Assembly: GCA_963977015.1 (NCBI GenBank)
Contig: CAXBMO010000006.1
Span: 160,001-224,000 of the forward strand
Source of the DNA: an uncultured bacterium
Lineage (GTDB): Bacteria > Verrucomicrobiota > Verrucomicrobiia > Verrucomicrobiales > DEV007
Reading direction: 5' to 3'
DNA: 64,000 bases
The notes under the pieces are model-generated. The model saw nothing but the letters and a program-made list of their open reading frames with translations. It was not told the origin of the DNA and ran no database searches. This document shows, one piece after another, positions 48,310 to 57,253 of the stretch (positions are counted from its first letter, which is position 1; every line of letters starts with the position of its first letter). A program made the translations under genes and the position numbers.

Positions 48310-48813
48310 GTGAAGTTGAGCGAGCATCTAACCGTTGCCGATGGCTATCTCGAGCTGGGCATGTATCGGGATGCCCTTGATGTGCTGGAGGAAATTGTGC
48401 CGGAGACAGAGCACGAACATTTTCAGGTGATCCGCAAACGCCTGACAATATGGGAGGCCGTGGGGGATTGGGCGCAAGGCGCGCGAACGGCGCGGGAAGC
48501 GGTTCTGACGCTACCGAATTACGCGGATCTCTATCTCAAGGGGGCCTATGCCATTCGCCGGGCGGAAAGCGTCGAGTCGGCTCTCGAGTTTCTCAAAAGC
48601 GGAGAACATTGCTGCAGCTACACATCGCTGTGGTGGTATTACCTGGGCTGTTACTACTGCGTGCTTGGTCGAATCGACGATGCAAAGAAGCATGTCTACA
48701 AGGCAGTGGGTTTTGGGAAGCGTGCCTTGCAGGAGAAGGACTTGGAACCACTGTGGGATGAGTTTCGCGCAGCGCGATGGGCAGAGGAAGACGAGGAAGA
48801 GGGCTTCGACTGA
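48310..48813 (+). CDS. TPR-like helical protein
   Basis: ADGYLELGM..DAL, YYLGCYYC.LG...AK, ALQEKDLEPLW. GTG start. Confidence 0.75.
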   Translation: MKLSEHLTVADGYLELGMYRDALDVLEEIVPETEHEHFQVIRKRLTIWEAVGDWAQGARTAREAVLTLPNYADLYLKGAYAIRRAESVESALEFLKSGEHCCSYTSLWWYYLGCYYCVLGRIDDAKKHVYKAVGFGKRALQEKDLEPLWDEFRAARWAEEDEEEGFD

Positions 48814-48835
48814 TTCAGCTCAACCGCTGAAGCCG

Positions 48836-48879
48836 TTGCAGAACGCAAGGTCACGGCACCAAGGCTTTGCATTGTGCAA
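48836..48879. promoter_or_regulatory. Paired TTGCR-N3-YGCAA boxes (putative enhancer) upstream of dodecin
   Basis: TTGCAGAACGCAA (48836-48848) and TTGCATTGTGCAA (48867-48879), 31 bp start to start. Confidence 0.65.
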
Positions 48880-48933
48880 TGCGTCGGCGGCTCTCGGGGA
48901 CGAGAAGGCGTGATAAATTGAGAGGATTTGGGT

Positions 48934-48949
48934 TGGAATGCCTCCTGCT
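48934..48949 (+). promoter_or_regulatory. Putative sigma54 -24/-12 promoter (dodecin-aconitase)
   Basis: TGGAATG-CCTC-CTGCT with exact GG-N10-GC spacing, 12 bp before ATG 48962. Confidence 0.6.
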
Positions 48950-48961
48950 CGGCAAGGTGGT

Positions 48962-49171
48962 ATGAATGATCACGTTTACAAAAAGATCGAGATTGTCGGC
49001 AGTTCACAGAACGGTGTCGATGACGCCATTCGCAATGCCATTACCCGGGCATCGGAGAGTATTCACAACCTGCGCTGGTTCGAGGTCGCGGAGATCCGGG
49101 GAGATATTCGCGACGGGAAGCCGGCCCACTGTCAAGTGACCCTCAAGATTGGTTTCACCCTGGATGAATAA
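48962..49171 (+). CDS. Dodecin (flavin-binding protein)
   Basis: MNDHVYKKIEIVGSS, DAIRNAI.RA, LRWFEV.EIRG, QVTLKIGF. Confidence 0.95.
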   Translation: MNDHVYKKIEIVGSSQNGVDDAIRNAITRASESIHNLRWFEVAEIRGDIRDGKPAHCQVTLKIGFTLDE

Positions 49172-49176
49172 GCGCC

Positions 49177-51117
49177 ATGCCCGAAAACCTGACTCATAAA
49201 CTGATACGCAGTCATCTCATCGACGGCACCATGAAGCCGGGTGAGGAGATCGCTCTACGCATCGACCAAACTCTGACCCAGGACGCAACGGGAACGCTGG
49301 TGATGCTGGAGTTCGAGGCCATGAACGTGGATCGCGTCCGAGCGGAGTTGTCGGCGCAATACGTCGATCACAACCTGTTGCAGGAAGATCACAAGAACCC
49401 GGATGACCACCTGTTTCTCTGGAGCGCGTGTCGAAAGTTCGGCGTGCAATATAGCCCGCCGGGAAACGGGGTGAGTCATCCGGTGCACATGGAGCGCTTC
49501 GGAATTCCGGGCAAGACGTTGGTGGGCTCCGATAGCCATACTCCGGCCGCGGGTTCGCTGGGGATGCTGGCCTTCGGCGCGGGCGGAGTGGAGGTGGCGC
49601 TGGCGATGGCGGGCGAGCCTTTGTACCTCGTGATGCCGGAAGTGTGGGGCGTGAGGCTGACCGGAGAGTTGCCCCCGTGGGTCAGTGCCAAGGACGTGGT
49701 TCTGGAGATGTTGCGTCGTCACGACGTCGATGGAGGCGTGGGGCGCATTGTGGAATATTACGGACCGGGCCTGGATTCGCTTTCGGCGATGGATCGGCAC
49801 GTGATCGCCAACATGGGCACGGAATTGGGTGCGACGACAACGGTGTTCCCTTCCGACGGGGTGGTGAAAGATTTCCTCCGGCAACAGGAGCGTGAGGACG
49901 ATTGGCAGGAATGGGTGGCGGACCATGGAGCGGAATACGATGTGAAGGAAGAGATCGATCTCTCGACGCTTGAACCGCTGATTGCCTGCCCGTCCAGCCC
50001 GGGCAAGGTCGTTCCGGTGCGCGAGGTCGCCGGGCGCGAGATCTACCAGACCTATATCGGTTCGTCCGCCAATCCGGGGCTGCGCGACTTCGCGGTGCCC
50101 GCCATGATGGTGGATGGACGACAAATCTGTAAGAGCGTTTCTTTTGATGTGAACCCGACCTCTCGCCAGCTCTTGGACAATCTGGTTGAGCTTTCCTATC
50201 TGGGAAAACTGATCCGGGCGGGAGCGCGCATCCATCAGGCTGGCTGCAATGGTTGCATTGGCATGGGGCAGGCGCCTGCGACCGGTCGCATCAGCCTGCG
50301 GACTGTTCCGCGCAATTTTCCGGGGCGCTCCGGTACCCGTGAAGACCAGGTTTATCTCTGTAGTCCGGAAACCGCCGCGGCATCGGCCTTGACGGGAAGA
50401 ATCACGGATCCGCGCGAGTTGGATATGCCGTATCCCGAATGGCGGGAACCGGAGGAAATCCGCGTTCATCGCTCCATGATGGACGCCCCGGAAACTGCGG
50501 AGAAAGCGGTGAAGGTTGAGCTCATCAAAGGGCCCAATGTTGCGTCTTTGCCCAAACTCGAGCCGCTCCCGGAGACGTTGGAAGGGCCGGTCTTGTTGAA
50601 AGTGGGTGATGATATATCGACGGACGAAATCATGCCGGCGGGAGCGCGGGTTCTGCCGTTCCGGAGTAATATCCCGAAGATGAGTGAGTTCGTCTTTGAA
50701 GGTGTCGACCCGGGTTATGTAGAGCGCGCCCTGGAATATCAGAAGAGCGGTTCGCTCATTGTGGCGGGAGACAACTACGGTCAGGGTTCCAGCCGCGAAC
50801 ACGCGGCGCTGGCGCCTCGGTTTCTAGGCCTCCGTGCTGTCATTGCAAAGAGTTTCGCCCGAATCCACTGGCAGAACCTGGCGAATTTCGGGATTCTTCC
50901 GCTCACCTTCGTCGATCCGCAGGACTATGATGCGATCGAAGACGGCGATCAGTTGAAGATCGAAGGGATCCGCGAGATCCTGCAACAAGGCGGGGATGAC
51001 GCGATTACCGTGCGCAATAATACCAAAAACACGACCTTCGAAGCGCGGCATCGCCTGAGTAGCCGGCAGCGCAAAATGATCCTCGCGGGCAGTATCCTGG
51101 CCACGGTGGATTCCTGA
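49177..51117 (+). CDS. Aconitate hydratase, short type
   Basis: QDATGT, DHN, GSDSHT, GCNGCIG, RNFPGRSG, YLCSPETAAA, ISTDEI, NYGQGSSREHAA, KSFARIH. First Fe-S Cys motif reads IGSSAN. Confidence 0.9.
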   Translation: MPENLTHKLIRSHLIDGTMKPGEEIALRIDQTLTQDATGTLVMLEFEAMNVDRVRAELSAQYVDHNLLQEDHKNPDDHLFLWSACRKFGVQYSPPGNGVSHPVHMERFGIPGKTLVGSDSHTPAAGSLGMLAFGAGGVEVALAMAGEPLYLVMPEVWGVRLTGELPPWVSAKDVVLEMLRRHDVDGGVGRIVEYYGPGLDSLSAMDRHVIANMGTELGATTTVFPSDGVVKDFLRQQEREDDWQEWVADHGAEYDVKEEIDLSTLEPLIACPSSPGKVVPVREVAGREIYQTYIGSSANPGLRDFAVPAMMVDGRQICKSVSFDVNPTSRQLLDNLVELSYLGKLIRAGARIHQAGCNGCIGMGQAPATGRISLRTVPRNFPGRSGTREDQVYLCSPETAAASALTGRITDPRELDMPYPEWREPEEIRVHRSMMDAPETAEKAVKVELIKGPNVASLPKLEPLPETLEGPVLLKVGDDISTDEIMPAGARVLPFRSNIPKMSEFVFEGVDPGYVERALEYQKSGSLIVAGDNYGQGSSREHAALAPRFLGLRAVIAKSFARIHWQNLANFGILPLTFVDPQDYDAIEDGDQLKIEGIREILQQGGDDAITVRNNTKNTTFEARHRLSSRQRKMILAGSILATVDS

Positions 51118-51125
51118 GCGCAGGG

Positions 51126-51160
51126 ATGCGTTCCGCAAGGCGATCCATTGCGACTTGCAA
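51126..51160. promoter_or_regulatory. Paired TTGCR-N3-YGCAA boxes upstream of PA2169-like gene
   Basis: ATGCGTTCCGCAA (51126-51138) and TTGCGACTTGCAA (51148-51160). Confidence 0.62.
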
Positions 51161-51192
51161 GGCTCTCGCGATCGATTCTCCGGAAAGCGGGT

Positions 51193-51208
51193 TGGCACGA
51201 GATTTGCA
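51193..51208 (+). promoter_or_regulatory. Sigma54 -24/-12 promoter
   Basis: TGGCACG-AGAT-TTGCA, a perfect match to the TGGCACG-N4-TTGCW consensus. Confidence 0.85.
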
Positions 51209-51221
51209 CTTCTATCCTATT

Positions 51222-51686
51222 ATGACGACTTCAACCCTTATCGATAAAGACCGCTGCATCGGAGTTTGCAACAATCTGCTTCAAGGTGAGCGCTCGGCGG
51301 TGGAGACCTATACCCTGGTGCTCAAGAAATTCAGCGCCAATGGAGCTGCCCCTGAACTGACACGTCTCCGCAACGAACATGCCGCAGCGGTGAGGCAATT
51401 GGAAGACAACGTCCGCCAAATGGGTGGCGTTCCGGATTCCGGCTCGGGCTTGTGGGGCAAATTTGCCAAATCGGTCGAGCGGGCGGCGCAACTGTTCGGC
51501 GCGGAATCGGCCATGGCGGCTCTCCAACTTGGCGAGGCTCACGGACGGGTTCAATACCAGCAGGCTTTGGAGGACGAAAGCGTATTGCCGGAATGCAAGG
51601 AGATGATCAGCACTTGTCTATTTCCGCAGACAAAAGAGCACATCGCCACTCTGGAACGGTTGCAACACGGCGAGATGGCTCGCTGA
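51222..51686 (+). CDS. PA2169/DUF2383-like ferritin-fold four-helix bundle protein
   Basis: ATG at 51222, NNLLQGERSAVETY, H...L...VR..GG.P..SG.WG, L.LGE.HG...Y..AL.D. Confidence 0.8.
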   Translation: MTTSTLIDKDRCIGVCNNLLQGERSAVETYTLVLKKFSANGAAPELTRLRNEHAAAVRQLEDNVRQMGGVPDSGSGLWGKFAKSVERAAQLFGAESAMAALQLGEAHGRVQYQQALEDESVLPECKEMISTCLFPQTKEHIATLERLQHGEMAR

Positions 51687-51792
51687 ATCGAGAAAATTTC
51701 TACTTGGTGGTAGAACCGGTCCAGGCCGGCTGGCAAGGGAGCACTTGCTTGACTGGCCTGGATTCGGAGCCTGACATGCGCGAAGTTTGGAG

Positions 51793-53190
51793 ATGAATAC
51801 GACGCATCGCATCGAACGAGACTCCATGGGCGAGGTGGAAGTGCCGGCAGGATCGCTCTACGGCGCCTCAACCCAGCGCGCCATCCGGAACTTTCCCGTC
51901 AGCGGGCGCGGTTTCGGGCGTGGTTTGATCCGCGCCATCGGATTGGTCAAGCGAGCTTCCGCCGAGGCGAACTTCGCGCTCAGGAAGCTGGATGCGGGAC
52001 GCTACCAGGCGATCTGCCGATCTGCCGAAGACGTGATCGAGGGAAATTTGGACGAACACTTTGTCGTCGATGTCTTCCAAACCGGTTCCGGAACGAGCAC
52101 CAACATGAACGCCAATGAGGTGATCGCCAATCGTGCGTCCCAGTTGGCAGGGAAACCGCTGGGCGCGAAGGATCCCGTTCATCCCAACGATCACGTGAAC
52201 CTGGGGCAGTCCAGCAACGACGTGTTCCCCACCGCGATTCACATCGCCGCCGCGGAAACGCTCCAAAACCGGCTTCTGCCGGAACTCATCGCCCTGCAAC
52301 GCTCGCTGGAGACCAAATCGAGCGAATTCGACAAGGTGCTGAAGATCGGGCGAACCCATCTGATGGACGCGACTCCGATTCGCTTGGGCCAGGAGTTTTC
52401 CGGTTATGGGCGGCAAATGGAGAAAGCGGTCAAACGGGTCGAGGCCGCGACTGAGGCATTGCTGGAACTGCCGCTCGGTGGAACCGCCGTCGGGACGGGA
52501 CTCAACACCCATCCTGAATTCGCCGCAAAGGCGATCACCTTTATCGCGGAGCGAACGGGGCTGAAGTTTGTCGAAGCCGAAAACCATTTCGAAGCCCAGG
52601 GCGGGAGAGACGCGCTTTGCGAGGTAAGCGGTCAGTTGAAAACCGTCGCCGTGTCGCTGTTCAAGGTTGCCAACGATCTCCGCTGGATGGGGTCAGGGCC
52701 CCGGTGCGGTCTTGGCGAGCTCCGCCTTCCTGCCTTGCAGCCCGGAAGCTCGATCATGCCCGGCAAGGTAAACCCGGTGGTTTGCGAATCGGTCATGCAG
52801 GTTGCAGCACAGGTGGTTGGGAATGATGCAGCGATCACCTGGGGAGCGGCCAACGGCAATCTGGAGCTGAACGTGATGATGCCGATGATGGCCCGCAATG
52901 TTTTGGAAAGCGCCGAGTTGCTCGCCAACGTCAGTCGCATCTTCCGCGAAAACGTCATCGATGGTCTTGAGGCCGATGTGGAGCGGTGCCGGCAGATGGT
53001 GGAGCGTAGCATGGCTCTCGTGACCAGTCTCGTTCCGGAAATCGGCTACGACCGCAGCGCGGAAATTGCCCGGATCGCGTCTGAATCGGGCAAGACCATT
53101 CGGGAGGTGTGCGAAGAGTTGGAGGTTCTGCCGCCGGATCGACTGGCCGCGCTTCTCGACGGGACAACGATGACGATTCCCACCGGGTAG
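51793..53190 (+). CDS. fumC: Class II fumarate hydratase
   Basis: RIERDSMG, QTGSGTSTNMNANEV, HPNDHVN..QSSND, KIGRTHLMDATP, GSSIMPGKVNP signature. Confidence 0.95.
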   Translation: MNTTHRIERDSMGEVEVPAGSLYGASTQRAIRNFPVSGRGFGRGLIRAIGLVKRASAEANFALRKLDAGRYQAICRSAEDVIEGNLDEHFVVDVFQTGSGTSTNMNANEVIANRASQLAGKPLGAKDPVHPNDHVNLGQSSNDVFPTAIHIAAAETLQNRLLPELIALQRSLETKSSEFDKVLKIGRTHLMDATPIRLGQEFSGYGRQMEKAVKRVEAATEALLELPLGGTAVGTGLNTHPEFAAKAITFIAERTGLKFVEAENHFEAQGGRDALCEVSGQLKTVAVSLFKVANDLRWMGSGPRCGLGELRLPALQPGSSIMPGKVNPVVCESVMQVAAQVVGNDAAITWGAANGNLELNVMMPMMARNVLESAELLANVSRIFRENVIDGLEADVERCRQMVERSMALVTSLVPEIGYDRSAEIARIASESGKTIREVCEELEVLPPDRLAALLDGTTMTIPTG

Positions 53191-53217
53191 ACAGCGATTC
53201 GAGCAACGAAACCTCGT

Positions 53218-53973
53218 TCACTCCCAGTAGTAGGGCCGACCGTAGAAATCGTAGAGTTCCTCTTCGTAGGTGCGGTTGACGGGAACCTTGGGATCGAATG
53301 GTGGGGATGCCTGGATTTGGTCTTTGGTCAGGTTCACTTGAGCACACGAAGTTGCCCAGTCGAACTGACTCATCCAGTCGATGTCGATGATCACTTTGCG
53401 ACCGGGCAACCAGTGTCGGGTGGCCACGACAAAGTGGCGGATCCGCCAGGGACTGGTATCCAGAATCAGATCCTCGACGTGACCGATCTTGTCCTCGACC
53501 GAGGCGATCTGGTAGCCGATCACCTCTTTGGTGGAACGCAGATGGGTCTGCTCAATCTCGGCAATCGCTTCCTCGTGCCGTTCGACTTCTTCCGGCGATG
53601 GATCGATATGGGCATAGGCCGAAGCGCCCCACATATCGGCACCTATCCAGTAGGGCTCGTGGCCGTAGTATTCGGCGTATTCTTTCTCAAACCGCCGGGA
53701 GATGGGTTCGTCGGTTTCCAGCAGCGGGCTGGATTCCACCTGATCTTTCGTGAGGGTTACGGGAAAGCGATGGGCGTAAATTTTCGGGTCGGGCGGGACG
53801 AGATGACGCGGGCTGATGAGAACCTGGTGCGAACTGAGCCATCCCCCCGTGTCGGCCACGAGGTAGCGAATGCCCCACTTCTCGTCATCGAAAAGGAAAT
53901 CCTTCACCTTGCCGATATTTCCATCGGTCGCTTCGATCGGATAACCCAGTAAGTTTTTGATGCTTCGTAACAT
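53218..53973 (-). CDS. Tandem PRC-barrel domain protein
   Basis: MLRSIKNLLGY.IEATDG.IGKVKDFLFDD..W.IRYLVADTGGWL, repeated as HLRS.KEVIGY.I....IGHVED. Ends YGRPYYW. ATG at 53973. Confidence 0.9.
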   Translation of the reverse strand: MLRSIKNLLGYPIEATDGNIGKVKDFLFDDEKWGIRYLVADTGGWLSSHQVLISPRHLVPPDPKIYAHRFPVTLTKDQVESSPLLETDEPISRRFEKEYAEYYGHEPYWIGADMWGASAYAHIDPSPEEVERHEEAIAEIEQTHLRSTKEVIGYQIASVEDKIGHVEDLILDTSPWRIRHFVVATRHWLPGRKVIIDIDWMSQFDWATSCAQVNLTKDQIQASPPFDPKVPVNRTYEEELYDFYGRPYYWE

Positions 53974-54009
53974 AGTACTAGGGAGTTTCAGTGTTTTGAC
54001 TCTCTGTAT

Positions 54010-54025
54010 CGCGGGAATCGTGCCA
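54010..54025 (-). promoter_or_regulatory. Putative sigma54 promoter of PRC-barrel gene
   Basis: Minus strand reads TGGCACG-ATTC-CCGCG with exact GG-N10-GC spacing. Confidence 0.7.
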
Positions 54026-54068
54026 TTCCTCTCTTCCTGCGCTTCAGGATGGCGCCCGGGGCAATGGA

Positions 54069-54114
54069 TTGCACCCTGCACGAGTCTCTCCTCTTCAGTG
54101 CGTGCATTCTGCAA
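54069..54114. promoter_or_regulatory. Paired TTGCR-N3-YGCAA boxes upstream of PRC-barrel promoter
   Basis: TTGCACCCTGCAC (54069-54081) and GTGCATTCTGCAA (54102-54114), 33 bp start to start. Confidence 0.62.
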
Positions 54115-54260
54115 GGGCGCGATCGGCTGGTTCAAGGGATCGAGAGAGAAACTCCGAAGCATTTTTTATTATCCAGGGAATATACCAATGGAAGATGCGC
54201 TAAATCCTTTGACCATTCCCGTGAAGCGGCCCGTCTAAATGGTTCTAACCTCACAACGCT

Positions 54261-54770
54261 ATGATTAATCCCTACAACCTCGACCATATCCTGGAAGGCT
54301 GGGGTGAAGAAGGACTAGACCCCGTCACTCTCCGGGAACTGTGGAACAAAGCCACCGAGCCTCTCTTTGACGTTTTGGTCGTCGATGACGAACCGACGTT
54401 CACCCGGTTGGTAAAGTACAACCTCGAAGCGGATGGCCACTACCACGTGTTTTGTGAAAACGATGCACGCAAAGCTCTGTCCGATTGCCTGGACCTGTTG
54501 CCTGATGTCGTGCTGCTCGACTTGCGAATGCCTCAACTCGACGGCGAAGAAGTTTACCGGCAAATTCGGGAAAACCCGGCCCTGAACTGGCTGCCGGTCG
54601 TCAAGTTCTCTGCGGAACTCCCGGGCACCAGTCGTTTTTGCAAGAACCCGATCCTGGGTGAGGATGGCCATCTCATGCTGGCCAAACCGGCTTCCCTGGA
54701 CGAGATCAACCAAGCGATCCGGATGGAAATCCAGAACGCGCTGGAGGATCTCATTCTCGCCAACGAATAG
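54261..54770 (+). CDS. Single-domain response regulator (receiver)
   Basis: VLVVDDE, PDVVLLDLRMPQLDG, FSA, LAKP. No output domain. Confidence 0.85.
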   Translation: MINPYNLDHILEGWGEEGLDPVTLRELWNKATEPLFDVLVVDDEPTFTRLVKYNLEADGHYHVFCENDARKALSDCLDLLPDVVLLDLRMPQLDGEEVYRQIRENPALNWLPVVKFSAELPGTSRFCKNPILGEDGHLMLAKPASLDEINQAIRMEIQNALEDLILANE

Positions 54771-54898
54771 TCGATCCCAGGCCCTTTTGCTTTGTTCCGG
54801 TAACGTTTGAGAGCGGTTCGTTCTGCCAGTTCCGAGATCGGGGTCGTCGAACGAAATCTTGGTGGGTTGGAATTCGTCAGGACCTCGTCGATGGGGGC

Positions 54899-54914
54899 TG
54901 GCATGGTTCCTGCA
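54899..54914 (+). promoter_or_regulatory. Putative sigma54 promoter
   Basis: TGGCATG-GTTC-CTGCA with exact GG-N10-GC spacing, 33 bp before ATG 54948. Confidence 0.72.
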
Positions 54915-54947
54915 CCTTGTTACGGCTGAAACAACCTCTCATGATTT

Positions 54948-55214
54948 ATGGCTACCCAACCCAAACCGGAAACCGTTGTTCAGCAAATGAGCACTCACCT
55001 GTCGAAGTTCAAAGAGATGGCTCACCGTACCAGGGGGCGTTTGGAACGCCTCGCGGAGATGTCGTTTGAGATTGAAGACGAACTGAAACAGAAAGAATAC
55101 GCCGATCGCGTCAGCGAGCTTTTCACCATCTCCACGCAATTCGAGGAAAAATTGGACTCGTTGATCAACGATTACGAAATCGAGCGCAATCGCATCGCCA
55201 ACGAAGCGGCATAG
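54948..55214 (+). CDS. Small charged helical hypothetical protein
   Basis: 88 aa Glu/Lys/Arg-rich amphipathic helices. Fills the gap between genes and has a promoter upstream. Confidence 0.75.
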   Translation: MATQPKPETVVQQMSTHLSKFKEMAHRTRGRLERLAEMSFEIEDELKQKEYADRVSELFTISTQFEEKLDSLINDYEIERNRIANEAA

Positions 55215-55233
55215 CGCGCTCTGCAGTTCGCCA

Positions 55234-55265
55234 TTGCAGAACGCAACGATCATTGCAAACGGCAA
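55234..55265. promoter_or_regulatory. Paired TTGC-N5-GCAA boxes between 88-aa gene and site-2 protease
   Basis: TTGCAGAACGCAA (55234-55246, identical to 48836-48848) and TTGCAAACGGCAA (55253-55265). Confidence 0.6.
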
Positions 55266-55295
55266 TCGTTCTTCCAACTCCCAACGAACGCAATC

Positions 55296-56453
55296 ATGGC
55301 GTGGACATTTCCAGTCCTCCGAATTCTCGGCACCCAACTTCGGGTTCATGTGACCTTTTTTCTCCTGCTTGCCTGGGTGGGAATCGCCACCTATGCACAA
55401 AGCGGATGGGAAGGTGCGGTTTACGGCATTGCTTTTATCCTGGCGCTCTTTGTTTGCGTCATTCTCCACGAGTTTGGACACGCCTTGGCGGCCAAGGCAT
55501 TTGGAATATCCACGCCGGATATTACACTTCTGCCAATTGGAGGTCTCGCCCGGCTACAGCGAATGCCGCGCGATCCGATCAAGGAACTCGTGATCGCATT
55601 GGCGGGACCGGCTGTGAATGTGGTGATTGCTGGTCTGATCTTTCTTTTCCTGCGGATCAGCACCATTCCTTTGGCGATCGACCTGGAGGCACGGTCGATA
55701 TCCGGATTCTTCGTCAGTCTGATGGCGGTGAACGTGTGGCTCGTGATTTTCAACATGATCCCGGCCTTCCCGATGGATGGCGGACGGGCGCTGCGTGCGT
55801 TGCTGGCCACGGCGATGCCTCATTCCCGCGCAACGAATATTGCAGCGAGGATTGGTCAGGCTTTGGCCTTGGGCGGCGTGTTCGTTGGATTCATGAATCA
55901 ATGGTGGTTGCTGGTATTGGTCGCTTTCTTCATCTTTTTGGGGGCTGGGGCAGAGGCCTCTGCCTCCCGCCTGCGGGAAGCGACGCGGGGCCTCGCCGTT
56001 TCCGACGCGATGATGACGCGTTTCAAGATGCTGCGGGAGACGGATCCCATTTCCAAGGCGGTGGATCTGCTTCTCGATGGCTCGCAGACGGACTTCCCGA
56101 TCCTCGACGATCGAGATGAGCTGTCCGGAATGGTTCTGCGAAAGGACCTGATTAACGCACTGCGTAAGCATAGCGGGTCGGCGGCCGTGGTCGAAGCACG
56201 AAGCGGCTGCGAATTCGCGGTCGCGGCGGATTCGGCGCTGCCGGATGCGATGCAGATCCTTCAGGAGAGCCAACGCTCGACCATTCCGGTGATGTCCGGC
56301 GGTAGGCTGATCGGATTGCTCAGCACCAAGAACATTGGAGAGATGCTGATGGTGAAGGCCGCCAAGGACGAGAGGAGGAGATCGCATGAGGGCGAGCTTG
56401 ACGCGGGTGAGGTCGAATCCGGGCAGACCTTGATCGGTGGGCATTCCAGTTGA
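55296..56453 (+). CDS. Site-2 protease (M50) with tandem CBS domains
   Basis: ILHEFGH, ITLLPIGGLA, IALAGPAVN, FNMIPAFPMDGGR, C-terminal CBS pair. Confidence 0.93.
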   Translation: MAWTFPVLRILGTQLRVHVTFFLLLAWVGIATYAQSGWEGAVYGIAFILALFVCVILHEFGHALAAKAFGISTPDITLLPIGGLARLQRMPRDPIKELVIALAGPAVNVVIAGLIFLFLRISTIPLAIDLEARSISGFFVSLMAVNVWLVIFNMIPAFPMDGGRALRALLATAMPHSRATNIAARIGQALALGGVFVGFMNQWWLLVLVAFFIFLGAGAEASASRLREATRGLAVSDAMMTRFKMLRETDPISKAVDLLLDGSQTDFPILDDRDELSGMVLRKDLINALRKHSGSAAVVEARSGCEFAVAADSALPDAMQILQESQRSTIPVMSGGRLIGLLSTKNIGEMLMVKAAKDERRRSHEGELDAGEVESGQTLIGGHSS

Positions 56454-56551
56454 ATCAGATGCCCACGATTCCGCCAACTGAATGAGAAAGTGCAATCGGA
56501 TGCAATTGTGATTTACCAACGAATGTCGAGTCGCTAGGTTTATCGAGAAGT

Positions 56552-57253
56552 ATGACTGCGACTGAAGTGATGGCGTTGCTGGAGGAAAACCGGAATGAAC
56601 GGGGAATCCGGAATTGGGACCGTCTCGGAGAAGGGACGGGTGGGCTGGAGAGCTTTGGCATCGGCCTGACGAAGTTGCGTAAGCTCGCGAAACAGGTTGG
56701 GCGCGATCACGAATTGGCTCTGAGGCTTTGGGAAAGTGACAACCACGATGCTCGGTTGATCGGGTTGCTGATTGACGATCCAAGGGTGATGACGCGGGAG
56801 CAGGCGGAGCAGCAGGTCGAGAAGGTGGGAATTGGTTCCCTCGCGCACGTATTCAGTTCCTGCGATGCGACACTGGCAAAGGCGCCATTTGTCTTTAAGC
56901 TGGCCAGCGATTGGATCAAGGCGACGGATTCGCTGCGCAAGCGGTGTGGATACGGTCTCGTTTATGAGCTTTCCAAGAACACGCGCAAGAAAGAGCTGAC
57001 TGATGAGTTTTTTCTCGATTGTATCGACCGGATTCGTGAGCAGTTCGAATCGGAAGACCTCTGGGTGCGGATGGCGATGGGATCGGCCCTGATGGGAATC
57101 GGCAAACGCAACCCGAAGTTGAACCAGGCGGCGGTTGACCTGGCGAGGGAGTTGGGGCCGATCGACTTTAGTGAGGATGGCAATCGCTGTGAACCGTTCG
57201 ACGTGCTGAAACACCTTACGAATAAGGATCTCAAGGCCAGGCTGGGGATCTGA
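56552..57253 (+). CDS. DNA alkylation repair protein (AlkD-like HEAT repeat)
   Basis: FGIGLTKLRKLAKQVGRDHELAL.LWES...DARL, helical repeats, L.GIGKRN. Confidence 0.82.
   Translation: MTATEVMALLEENRNERGIRNWDRLGEGTGGLESFGIGLTKLRKLAKQVGRDHELALRLWESDNHDARLIGLLIDDPRVMTREQAEQQVEKVGIGSLAHVFSSCDATLAKAPFVFKLASDWIKATDSLRKRCGYGLVYELSKNTRKKELTDEFFLDCIDRIREQFESEDLWVRMAMGSALMGIGKRNPKLNQAAVDLARELGPIDFSEDGNRCEPFDVLKHLTNKDLKARLGI

Noticed and set aside
48853-48871. Sigma54-like CGGCAC...TTGC (also TGGCAAG...TTGC near 51730 and TGGCACC...CTGC near 61597)
   Set aside because: GG-to-GC spacing is not 10 nt.
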